Positions 40,359 through 48,583 are shown, counted from the stretch's first letter. The stretch: DNA of 64,000 nt from an uncultured Neisseria sp. (GCA_964462055.1 CAYWWJ010000004.1:22008-86007), one strand, 5' to 3'. The notes: generated by a model from the sequence alone, not told the origin. Made by a program: numbers and translations.

Positions 40359-41837
40359 ATGAGGGATCGTGGCTTTGGGTTAGTTGAGGTTTTAATTGCG
40401 TTATTGATTATTGGTATTGCGATAGTTGGATTTTCGCGGCTAATGTTGGCAAATATTCGAAGCGTTAGTTATGACAACACACAACAGCTGACTAGCAATG
40501 CTACACAATATATTGTAGATAAAATTAATGCGAATTTGCAATTAAACGATCAAAATGCAAGCGCACAAAATTATGTAGAAGCTAATTACAATGACGATGC
40601 AACTGTAGCAAGCGCATTATGCAATAGTGGCGTATATTGTACGTCATTACAACAAGCGCGGTCGGATTTATATCAATGGAAACAATATCTAAGCACATTG
40701 CATATTCCACAGCTACAAGCAATTGTGTGTAATGATACGCCGGATAATTATGGTATTCCTACATTATCCAGCCCGAATTGTAGCGGTGATGGCGATGTCG
40801 TTGTAAAATTAGTGTGGAGTTATTTACCATCCGCTAGCGAAAGCACATTAACCTCGAATACACGTTATATAATGATAAAAATCCCTGATGCAAAACGCTC
40901 TAATATACGCACAATGGTGGGGGATTTACGAAAAATTGATGATAGCAATATCACCAATGGCTCCAACCTCACAATTATTGACGGTCGAATGTTGTATATT
41001 GTATCAGCTAATTCCGCCACATCAGCCATGTATTCATGTGATTTATCCAGCCAGTGCACAAATTCACCACTGACAATTCATTCGGCGGTTAATCAATTAT
41101 TCACCTACAATAACAATCCAATATATACTAATGTTGGTAGTAACGTGGTTTATCAATGCAAAAATGCCAATTGTAGCACTTTATTAAGTAGCAATCTGAC
41201 TGGAAATAATTATATTTCTGCCGTATATTCTGTTGCCAACAGTGCATATGTCGTGACCGATAAAAATGTTGTTTACGTCAATAATAAATTAAACGCGGAT
41301 AACGGCACCTACGTTTCTTATGTTGATTATAACGCAAATTCATTTCAAACTGGCGCCAATTTTTTGCCAACCGCCATGACCAATATTAGTTCGCTGGTGA
41401 AAATTCCTGCATCTACAACAGATGATTCATTAAATGCTGGGACTTTGTATCTGGGGTTTAGTAATGGCAACGTATATTTGGATAAGTTGAGTGGCTCTTG
41501 TATTGACGGCGATAATTGTAGCAATGTTGTGCATACTATTACCAATACAAATTCAACATCATTAATGCAAAATGTCGTGGATCTAACCACCTACACCAAC
41601 GATACAAGCATATATCTAATCGCGGCGAATCAAAATAACATCGACACAACTATTGCGGGGCTTTATTATTTGGATACTAATAATATTGAGTCTGGTTGGC
41701 ATATTTTATGCAATGGGCTAGCGAATGGTAATGTGAATTCTGTTGCAGTAAGTGGCGCAGATGCATATTTAATGGTAGCCGGATCATCCTCTGGTGCTGG
41801 ATTATACAAATGTGGATTATCTGGAATTGGTGAGTAG
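40359..41837 (+). CDS. pilV: type IV minor pilin PilV-like with a ~315-aa C-terminal extension
   Basis: Class III signal MRDRG/FGLVEVLIALLIIGIAIVG with Glu at +5. The first ~175 aa are the size of a normal PilV. The rest contains 6-7 blade-like units (LYIVSANS..MYSCDL, VVYQCKN, AYVVTDKNVVYV, LYLGFSNGNVYL, IYLIAAN..GLYYLD, AYLMVAG..GLYKCG). Confidence 0.75.
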   Translation: MRDRGFGLVEVLIALLIIGIAIVGFSRLMLANIRSVSYDNTQQLTSNATQYIVDKINANLQLNDQNASAQNYVEANYNDDATVASALCNSGVYCTSLQQARSDLYQWKQYLSTLHIPQLQAIVCNDTPDNYGIPTLSSPNCSGDGDVVVKLVWSYLPSASESTLTSNTRYIMIKIPDAKRSNIRTMVGDLRKIDDSNITNGSNLTIIDGRMLYIVSANSATSAMYSCDLSSQCTNSPLTIHSAVNQLFTYNNNPIYTNVGSNVVYQCKNANCSTLLSSNLTGNNYISAVYSVANSAYVVTDKNVVYVNNKLNADNGTYVSYVDYNANSFQTGANFLPTAMTNISSLVKIPASTTDDSLNAGTLYLGFSNGNVYLDKLSGSCIDGDNCSNVVHTITNTNSTSLMQNVVDLTTYTNDTSIYLIAANQNNIDTTIAGLYYLDTNNIESGWHILCNGLANGNVNSVAVSGADAYLMVAGSSSGAGLYKCGLSGIGE

Positions 41838-41840
41838 AAG

Positions 41841-42085
41841 ACCACAGTTCTAACTTTTTAATTTAACTCTTTTATAGGATAATTTACTAATTTTTGCGTT
41901 CAAAGATTGCAAAATATGAGTTTTTATTAATTCGAAAGCTATTTAGCAAAAAACTCGCTAACGCTCAAACAGTTTGCCAAATTACGCTTTCTTCATTAAC
42001 AGACTCTATATTTTTCCATAATTCACTAAAAATTAGTAAGTTATCCTATTTATTTAAACATTCAATAAAAAGTGAGTGATAGCGT
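41841..42085. mobile_element. family-A foldback MITE, long form (inverted relative to copy 1), filling the pilV-pilW gap
   Basis: ACCACAGTTCTAACTTTTTA ... AAAAAGTGAGTGATAGCGT. The core matches the reverse complement of 10548-10792. It starts 3 nt after the pilV stop and ends at the base before the pilW ATG. Confidence 0.85.
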
Positions 42086-43090
42086 ATGAATATAATCAGT
42101 TTAATGGTATCAATTCTCTTAGGCGGTTTAATCGCAATGGGATTATCATCAATGTATGCTGATTTGGTGCGCTCCAAATTATTTGGCGCCGATAAACAAT
42201 TAATGACATTGCGCTATGGGACGGCGCTTAATCAACTCACTATGGATATTATGCAAAGCGGGAATTTTGGTTGCTTTAGTTCACGAATGCTTGGTAATAG
42301 TCGCTATGCACAGATTCATACTTTTGCAACTGATAGCATATTAAAATACAATACTGAGTATGCTGGGTTATATGCATTTACTTCAAATAATATTCCCAAT
42401 ATTGATAGCAATGTGTTTAATGGAGTAAATCTCCTTGCTGATTCAGATATTGTGAAATTGCAGTATGGTAGTGGACAAGCCATCGTGCCAGAATTTACCA
42501 TCAATGGTAGCAATTTCAATACACTAAGTTTTCAAATGCCACGTTATACCAATGTAACTACGAGTAATATAATTAATTCATATACTTCTGATGTATATCG
42601 CCAAGCCATTATTACCAGCACAAATATTGATGCGCCATATGTATTATCCAGTTGTAGCCGATTAGATCAAATCCAAGGCGCAACCAACAATAATAATGAG
42701 ATTTCTATTGCTAGTTATAACATTCCTGCATCGGGAAATTACGCACACGATCTGTCTAGCTTGATGCTAATGAATTTTGTCACTAAATATTATTATGTCG
42801 CCACGGAAAATGGCATTACTGGATTATATACAAAAAATCTACAGCCAGATGGAAGCCTAAGTTCTAGCACATTATTATCGGTTGGCGTAACTAATATTTC
42901 GTATAATTTTGAAGTGGAAAGTGGGATGAATCGGCAAATTAAAGCTACCTCAGCGATGATTGACCAAACTGATTGGGCAAATATTAGCAATGTAGTGGTT
43001 AATTTGACGATTCAAACAAGCGAAAGTGTCGGTTTGGCAAATGCTCCAGCGGTGCAAAATCTACAGCAATCAGTAAAAGTAAGACCTTAG
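42086..43090 (+). CDS. pilW: type IV minor pilin PilW-like, lacking a prepilin leader
   Basis: 334 aa. The N-terminus MNIISLMVSILLGGLIAMG aligns with the hydrophobic helix of PilW proteins, but there is no leader, no Gly-1/Phe+1 and no Glu+5. In-frame TGA and TAG lie immediately upstream, inside the MITE. Confidence 0.65.
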   Translation: MNIISLMVSILLGGLIAMGLSSMYADLVRSKLFGADKQLMTLRYGTALNQLTMDIMQSGNFGCFSSRMLGNSRYAQIHTFATDSILKYNTEYAGLYAFTSNNIPNIDSNVFNGVNLLADSDIVKLQYGSGQAIVPEFTINGSNFNTLSFQMPRYTNVTTSNIINSYTSDVYRQAIITSTNIDAPYVLSSCSRLDQIQGATNNNNEISIASYNIPASGNYAHDLSSLMLMNFVTKYYYVATENGITGLYTKNLQPDGSLSSSTLLSVGVTNISYNFEVESGMNRQIKATSAMIDQTDWANISNVVVNLTIQTSESVGLANAPAVQNLQQSVKVRP

Positions 43091-43091
43091 T

Positions 43092-43844
43092 ATGCATAAA
43101 CAACAAGGGTTTATTTTATCGTTTGTTTTATTGCTTCTGATTTTTATCGCCATTGTGTTATACGGTTTGGCGCAATTAGCGCTGGTATCGCAGTCAGACG
43201 TTGGCGGGAAAAAAGATTTATTACTCGCAAGACAATATGCTCAAGTTACGATATTTGATGGCGTTAATGGTGCTGTTGGTAAAATTCTTGCATTTGAATC
43301 TGTTGATTTTCGCGCATCGATTGGTGTTAATAGCGGTACAACATTAGAGACATTATCTTTGACCGATCGGATAAAAGTAAAAAATGCATATTTTACCAAT
43401 AGCTGTTTGAATGCAGTTGGCGGTAGTATGTTTTCAAAGGGATTATGTACAAATGTGGAAAATCTTGACGCGACAAATTACTACAGCCACGCGTGGTTAC
43501 GTGCTAGTTCTGCGGTTACTAAACCTTGTACAACATATTCTAAAACAAGCGTTGCAAGTAATGCGGATGATTTGCCATTATTAGACGATGCTAACAGTAG
43601 ATATTCATTTTTAGATACAGTAAGTAATATGCATTTATGTACGCAACCACGGTTTATTATTGAAATGCTAAATCCAAGCTTCTCTATTCCGTCAGTCGTG
43701 GATAATGCTAGATTATATCGTGTAACTAGTCGTGCTTTTGGCGTAAATGGCAATAGCATTGCAACCACACAGGCATATTTTTATGTGCGATGTTTATCTA
43801 GCACTTGCTATATTTCATTGTTTAGTAATAATATTTTGTATTAA
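43092..43844 (+). CDS. pilX: type IV minor pilin PilX-like
   Basis: 250 aa. MHKQQG/FILSFVLLLLIFIAIVLYG is typical of PilX_N-type pseudopilins, and the gene sits directly after pilW. Confidence 0.65.
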   Translation: MHKQQGFILSFVLLLLIFIAIVLYGLAQLALVSQSDVGGKKDLLLARQYAQVTIFDGVNGAVGKILAFESVDFRASIGVNSGTTLETLSLTDRIKVKNAYFTNSCLNAVGGSMFSKGLCTNVENLDATNYYSHAWLRASSAVTKPCTTYSKTSVASNADDLPLLDDANSRYSFLDTVSNMHLCTQPRFIIEMLNPSFSIPSVVDNARLYRVTSRAFGVNGNSIATTQAYFYVRCLSSTCYISLFSNNILY

Positions 43845-43865
43845 AATACTAGTTTTGGAGAATTT

Positions 43866-44297
43866 ATGGAAAAAGAAGGTTTCTCATTAATCGAATTACT
43901 AATTGCCATCGCAATTGTAGCAATTATAGCCGCAATTACCGTGCCGTCTTATCAAAGCTATATCAAGCAAGCAAATCGTCAAGCAGCTGAGCAATTAATG
44001 CTACAAGACATTCAATACATGGAGCGCTGGTATAGCGAAAATGGCACGTATATTAACCATAATGCATGGCCAGTTCTGCCATTTACCGTGGCACCAGAAA
44101 CTGGGGACGCTACATATACAATTAGTTTTTCTAGCATTTCTCCTAATGCTACATCGTATAATTTAATTGCACAACCAAAATGCAATACCGTACAAGCGAA
44201 TGATGGTTGCATATGTATTGATAAAGACACCAATATTACCGAGTCAGCGCCAATTGATTGCAGCAATAGTGGCATACAATGTGAGTGTATTCCGTAA
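43866..44297 (+). CDS. pilE: type IV pilin PilE-like (minor pilin)
   Basis: 143 aa. MEKEG/FSLIELLIAIAIVAIIAAITVPSYQSY is a canonical N-methylation/prepilin motif with Glu+5, and there are C-terminal Cys pairs. Confidence 0.85.
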   Translation: MEKEGFSLIELLIAIAIVAIIAAITVPSYQSYIKQANRQAAEQLMLQDIQYMERWYSENGTYINHNAWPVLPFTVAPETGDATYTISFSSISPNATSYNLIAQPKCNTVQANDGCICIDKDTNITESAPIDCSNSGIQCECIP

Positions 44298-44378
44298 AAA
44301 TCATAAATTCTGAATCTTTTTATATACATGATAATTATGGTATAATTGTTGCTGAATTAATTTTTATTGGAGCGACTC

Positions 44379-45125
44379 ATGAAAATTGAAGATATAAAAA
44401 AACATGCATTTGCAATGCCTTTTTCATCACCAAGCTACCCTAAAAGTGAATTTAAATTTGTAAATAGAGAGTTCTTGGTTATTACTTATGAAACAGATTT
44501 AGATGCATTGCGTGCTATTGTCCCCGAACCACTAAAAGTAATTAACCCAATTGTAAAATATGAATTTATTCGTATGCCTGATTCTTCTGGATTCGGCGAT
44601 TATACTGAGTCTGGACAAGTTATTCCCGTTGAATTCAATGGCAAAGCTGGATCATATGTGCATTCCATGTATTTAGATGATTTAGCGCCAATTGTTGCTG
44701 GTCGTGAGATCTGGGGGTTTCCAAAGAAATTTGCAAATCCTAGTTTGTCAGTTGCAAAAGATACTGTACTTGGTGTATTAAAATATGGTACAGTCCCAGT
44801 TGCTGTTGGAACTATGACTTACAAATTCAAAGAAGAAGACACCAAAATTCTAGCGCAAAAAATGAGTGAAGAAGCAAGTTTCTTACTCAAAATTATTCCT
44901 CACGCAAATGGTCATGATCTTAGCGTATGCCAATTAGTTCGTTATTTCTTGAAAAATGTTGTAGTTAAAGGTGCATGGAGTGGCGATGCGCAATTACAGT
45001 TATTTCAACATGCATTAGCACCAGTTGCGCAACTTCCCGTCAAACGAGTTATATCTGGATTACACGTGATTAGTGATTTAAGCCTTGGGTTTGGCGAAGT
45101 TGTCCACGATTATTTACTTGACTAA
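44379..45125 (+). CDS. adc: acetoacetate decarboxylase
   Basis: Collinear similarity to clostridial ADC as I remember it: SPSYPKSEFKFVNREFLVITYETDLDALRAIVPEPL, YTESGQVIPV, GREIWGFPKK (catalytic Lys region), LKIIPH. The track start TTG 44367 is less likely than ATG 44379, which follows GGAG. Confidence 0.9.
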   Translation: MKIEDIKKHAFAMPFSSPSYPKSEFKFVNREFLVITYETDLDALRAIVPEPLKVINPIVKYEFIRMPDSSGFGDYTESGQVIPVEFNGKAGSYVHSMYLDDLAPIVAGREIWGFPKKFANPSLSVAKDTVLGVLKYGTVPVAVGTMTYKFKEEDTKILAQKMSEEASFLLKIIPHANGHDLSVCQLVRYFLKNVVVKGAWSGDAQLQLFQHALAPVAQLPVKRVISGLHVISDLSLGFGEVVHDYLLD

Positions 45126-45143
45126 ACTTTAGGAACGGTTGAA

Positions 45144-46139
45144 ATGAAGAAATTATTCATACTATTTATGTTATTTATTTGTATTAATGTATTTGCAAAG
45201 TCACCAGAGATTTTCTTATTTTTGGGTGGTGATTCCGATTGGATTTTAAAGCATCAGAAAGTTTTATCGGATAACAAAAATATTACAGGCGTGCAAATCA
45301 TTTATAATTGGAAACGACTAGAACCACAAAAAGGTGTATATAATTTTACGCCAATTGAATCTGATTTACAAATATTAACCAAGCTAAATAAAAAATTAGT
45401 AATTCAAATTCAAGACAGATCATTTCAACCACAAGATAAATGGGTGCCAACATATATGTTAACAGATAAGTTATATGCTGGCGGTATTGTTAAACAGCTT
45501 GACAATCCAGGTGAAGGAATCGCGCCAGAATATGGCTGGGTGGCAATGCAATGGAATTCAGCTGTGCGAATGCAATTCCAAGCGATGCTGGGAGCATTAG
45601 CGAAACAATTTGATGGACGAATATACGCGGTGAATTTAACAGAAACATCTGTTGATATAAGTACCAAGAAGCCACCGCAAGGTTTTAGTTGTGATAATTA
45701 TTTTAATGCAACGCTAGATAACATCAAGTATTTACGTGGAGCATTCAAACAAAGTGGCGTTATTCAATATGTGAACTTTTTTCCTTGTGAATGGGATAAT
45801 GACCACAACTATATGGGACGATTATTTAAATTTGCTAAAGCAAATAACGTTGGCTTAGGCAATCCCGATACAGTGCCTTACAAAAAAGGGCAAATGAAAA
45901 ATAGTTATCCATTTTTTAACAAGTACAAAGATCAATTAGCAATGGTTGCAATTGCAATTCAAGAACCTGATTACACATACACCAACCCAAAGACAAAGAA
46001 AAAATTTACTACAAGTGAATTGGCAACATTTGCCAATAACTATCTGGGTGCAACAATGGTGTTCTGGAACGTTGAGGAACCACGCTTTTCTAAGTCAGTA
46101 TTACCACAAATTAAAAATAATAATTTATTTGTGAAATGA
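45144..46139 (+). CDS. secreted protein, glycoside-hydrolase-like TIM-barrel candidate
   Basis: 331 aa with a signal peptide. NWKRLEPQKGVYNFTPIESDLQIL resembles the beta-strand-3 region of clan GH-A hydrolases. The family is not identified. Confidence 0.5.
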   Translation: MKKLFILFMLFICINVFAKSPEIFLFLGGDSDWILKHQKVLSDNKNITGVQIIYNWKRLEPQKGVYNFTPIESDLQILTKLNKKLVIQIQDRSFQPQDKWVPTYMLTDKLYAGGIVKQLDNPGEGIAPEYGWVAMQWNSAVRMQFQAMLGALAKQFDGRIYAVNLTETSVDISTKKPPQGFSCDNYFNATLDNIKYLRGAFKQSGVIQYVNFFPCEWDNDHNYMGRLFKFAKANNVGLGNPDTVPYKKGQMKNSYPFFNKYKDQLAMVAIAIQEPDYTYTNPKTKKKFTTSELATFANNYLGATMVFWNVEEPRFSKSVLPQIKNNNLFVK

Positions 46140-46146
46140 GGATGTA

Positions 46147-47306
46147 ATGAAAAATAAAAATGTCAATGCACCAAAAGCAGATCGAGAAATTATCTACGTA
46201 TTTCAGGGTGGTGGTGCGCTGGGCACGTATCAAGTCGGCGCATATGAAGCATTAAGTGAACATGGATATTTGCCAACAATGATTACCGGGATTTCTATTG
46301 GGTCAATAAATGCTGCAATAATTGCCGGCAATAAACCAGAAATGAGATTCAAACGCTTGTTGCAATTTTGGGATAAAATTAGCACGAAAATTCCATTCCC
46401 CATGCTTAGCGAATATGGGCTGTCGAAATTTCATCATTTTTGTAGTGCACAAAGCGCATTATTTTTTGGACAACCTGGATTCTTTACGCCGAAATCTATT
46501 AACCCATGGCTTCTACCATCAGGCACGCCCGATGAATTTAGTTTTTATAATACAGCGCCATTACGTGAAACATTGCTTGAATTAATTGATTTTAAATATC
46601 TGAATGAAAAGCATGTACGTTTATGTTTAGGCGCGGTAGATCTAGAATCTGGTGATTTTGTATTCTTTGATAGCAAAAAAGAAGAAATTACCGTTGACCA
46701 TGTTTTAGCTTCTTCAGCATTACCACCAGGGTTTCCACCAGTCTTATTAAACGGACGTTATTATGTTGATGGCGGTGTTTATTCCAATACCCCGATGAGT
46801 ATGGTGCTTGATGAGTTTGCTGATAGTGAAAGTCAAATTAAAAATGTACTGTGTTTTATGGTAGATTTATTTGCCGCAACAGGCGTATTACCACACAGCA
46901 TGGATGGCGTAATGGAACGCGTCAAAGACATACAATATTCCTCCATTCCAAAAGAACCAGCGCATTATATGCCACAACACAAAATTTATCTCATGCAATA
47001 AGATTTTTGAGTAACAAATTAACCGACAAACAAAAGCAAGAACCGCAAATAGCCGAAATAATAAAGCTTGGTTTAGCTAATAGATTGGATATTATTCGTG
47101 TAGTATATAAATCTGAACGAGGAACTGAACTTAGTAGCAAAGATTATGAATTTAGCGTAGAAAGCGCCAATAAGCACTGCGCATTGGGATATGCAAATGT
47201 GAAGCAAATGATAGCAGAAAAAGAATCGGAATGGATGGAAAAACATAGATCTGGCGTTACGGTATACAATGTGGAAGAAGAAAAGATTATGTCTTTTACT
47301 TTGTAA
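46147..47306 (+). pseudogene. patatin-like phospholipase (PatD-like, with DUF3734-type C-terminus) carrying a 1-nt frameshift
   Basis: ORF 46147-47001 has the patatin motifs FQGGGALG, GISIGS and VDGG, and reads ...ERVKDIQYSS before going out of frame. The expected continuation (..SKRTSALYATTQNLSHAIRFLSNKL...) is in ORF 46851-47306, in a different frame. The frame switch maps to about 46940-46950. Confidence 0.8.
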
Positions 47307-47308
47307 TA

Positions 47309-47433
47309 ACCACAGTCCTCACTTTTTTAATTTTACTTTATAGGATAACTTACTAATTTTTACGTTCAAAGATTACAAAACTACTTAGTTATCCTATTTA
47401 TTTAAACATTCAGGAAAAAGTGAAGACTAGCGT
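47309..47433. mobile_element. family-A MITE, short form
   Basis: ACCACAGTCCTCACTTTTTTAATTTTACTTTATAGGATAACTTACTAATTTTTACGTTCAAAGATTACAAA|ACTACTTAGTTATCCTATTTATTTAAACATTCAGGAAAAAGTGAAGACTAGCGT. It starts 3 nt after the patatin stop. Confidence 0.8.
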
Positions 47434-47469
47434 AAAATTATTTTAATATATTTTTAATTGGAGAATATC

Positions 47470-48261
47470 ATGTTAGGAAATATAAAAGGTAAAGTTAGCA
47501 TAATTACTGGTAGCGCTAGTGGTATTGGCAAAGAAATGGCATACAAATTTGCTGAGGCTGGAGGTCATGTTGTAATAGCTGATCTAAATTTGGAGGCAGC
47601 AACTATCGTGGCAAATGATATTGCTACTAAATATAATGTTAGCACATTGGCGTTAGTTATGGATGTTACCAATGAGCAGCAGGTAAATGATGGCGTTGCT
47701 GCGGTTGTTGCTAAATTTGGTAATGTTGATTGCTTGATTAGCAATGCAGGAATTCAGACAATATCACCAATTGTGGATTTCGATTACGATAAATGGAAAC
47801 GCTTATTTGAAATACATGTACATGGCGCTTTTTTGACCACGAAAGCCTGTATGAAAGCCATGATTGCAAGTAAAAAAGGTGGAAGAATCATTGTAACTGG
47901 TTCGGTACATTCATTTGAAGCGTCAAAGAATAAAGCCGCATATGTTGCAGCAAAACATGGATTACTCGGTCTAGTTCGCTCTATAGCTAAAGAAGGTGCG
48001 GAACATAACATTAGTTCAAATCTGATTGGCCCTGGATTTGTGCGCACACCTTTAGTTGAAAAGCAGATTCCAGAGCAGGCAAAAGCGCTTGGAATTACCG
48101 AAGCAGAAGTAATCAAAAACGTTATGCTTGGTGAAACTGTTGATGGTGAATTCACAACTGTCGATGATATTGCCAATGTAGCATTATTTTTGGCTGGTTT
48201 TGAAACCAATGCATTAACTGGACAGTCAATTATTGTCTCTCATGGTTGGCATATTCAGTAA
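47470..48261 (+). CDS. bdhA: 3-hydroxybutyrate dehydrogenase (SDR)
   Basis: MLGNIKGKVSIITGSASGIGK, NAG, the catalytic YVAAKHG, and a C-terminal ...VSHGWHIQ as in BdhA enzymes. ATG 47470 is preferred over the track TTG 47458. Confidence 0.85.
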   Translation: MLGNIKGKVSIITGSASGIGKEMAYKFAEAGGHVVIADLNLEAATIVANDIATKYNVSTLALVMDVTNEQQVNDGVAAVVAKFGNVDCLISNAGIQTISPIVDFDYDKWKRLFEIHVHGAFLTTKACMKAMIASKKGGRIIVTGSVHSFEASKNKAAYVAAKHGLLGLVRSIAKEGAEHNISSNLIGPGFVRTPLVEKQIPEQAKALGITEAEVIKNVMLGETVDGEFTTVDDIANVALFLAGFETNALTGQSIIVSHGWHIQ

Positions 48262-48268
48262 CAAAATT

Positions 48269-48583
48269 GTAACTACTTAATAATATTTACAATATACAGG
48301 ATAAACCTAAGTCCTCACTTTTTATTGAATGTTTAAATAAATAGGGTAAATTACTAATTTTTTAGTGAATGATAGAAAAATATAGAGTTTGTTAATGAAG
48401 AAAGCGTAATTTGGCAAACTGTTTGAGCGTAGCGAGTTTTTGCCAAATAGCTTGCAAATTAATACAAACTCATATTTTGTAATCTTTGAACATAAAAATT
48501 AGTAATTTACCCTATTAATAGAGTTAAGTTAAAAAAGTGAAGAATTTTATTCTGTATATGTGAGCGATGTTGCTGGGTAGTTA
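48269..48583. repeat. composite: family-C palindrome split by a family-A MITE
   Basis: Left half GTAACTACTTAATAATATTTACAATATACAGGATAA (48269-48304). Right half TCTGTATATGTGAGCGATGTTGCTGGGTAGTTAC (48551-48583). They pair with each other and resemble the two arms of 25764-25887. Confidence 0.65.
48305..48550. mobile_element. family-A foldback MITE, long form (same orientation as copy 1)
   Basis: ACCTAAGTCCTCACTTTTTATTGAATGTTTAAATAAATAGGGTAAATTACTAATTTTTT, then the core, then AAAAATTAGTAATTTACCCTATTAATAGAGTTAAGTTAAAAAAGTGAAGAATTTTAT. Confidence 0.85.

Noticed and set aside
41894-42079. 61-aa ORF in the track (MRSKIAKYEFLLIRKLF...)
   Set aside because: It lies entirely inside the family-A MITE, starts at a non-ATG codon, and is not preserved as an ORF in the other copies (none of 60 aa or more is listed there). 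I treat it as a chance ORF in AT-rich repeat DNA.
46851-47306. 151-aa ORF as an independent gene
   Set aside because: Its first ~30 codons are an out-of-frame read of the patatin gene. From about 46945 it encodes the missing patatin C-terminus, so it is the second half of a frameshifted gene.
47784-48209. 141-aa antisense ORF inside bdhA, and similar antisense ORFs (1186-1452, 8437-8670, 14213-14569, 19474-19818, 30958-31254, 43481-43768, 44012-44329, 45425-45667)
   Set aside because: Each is fully embedded opposite a gene with strong family signatures and has low-complexity or odd composition with no motif. These are typical antisense open frames.
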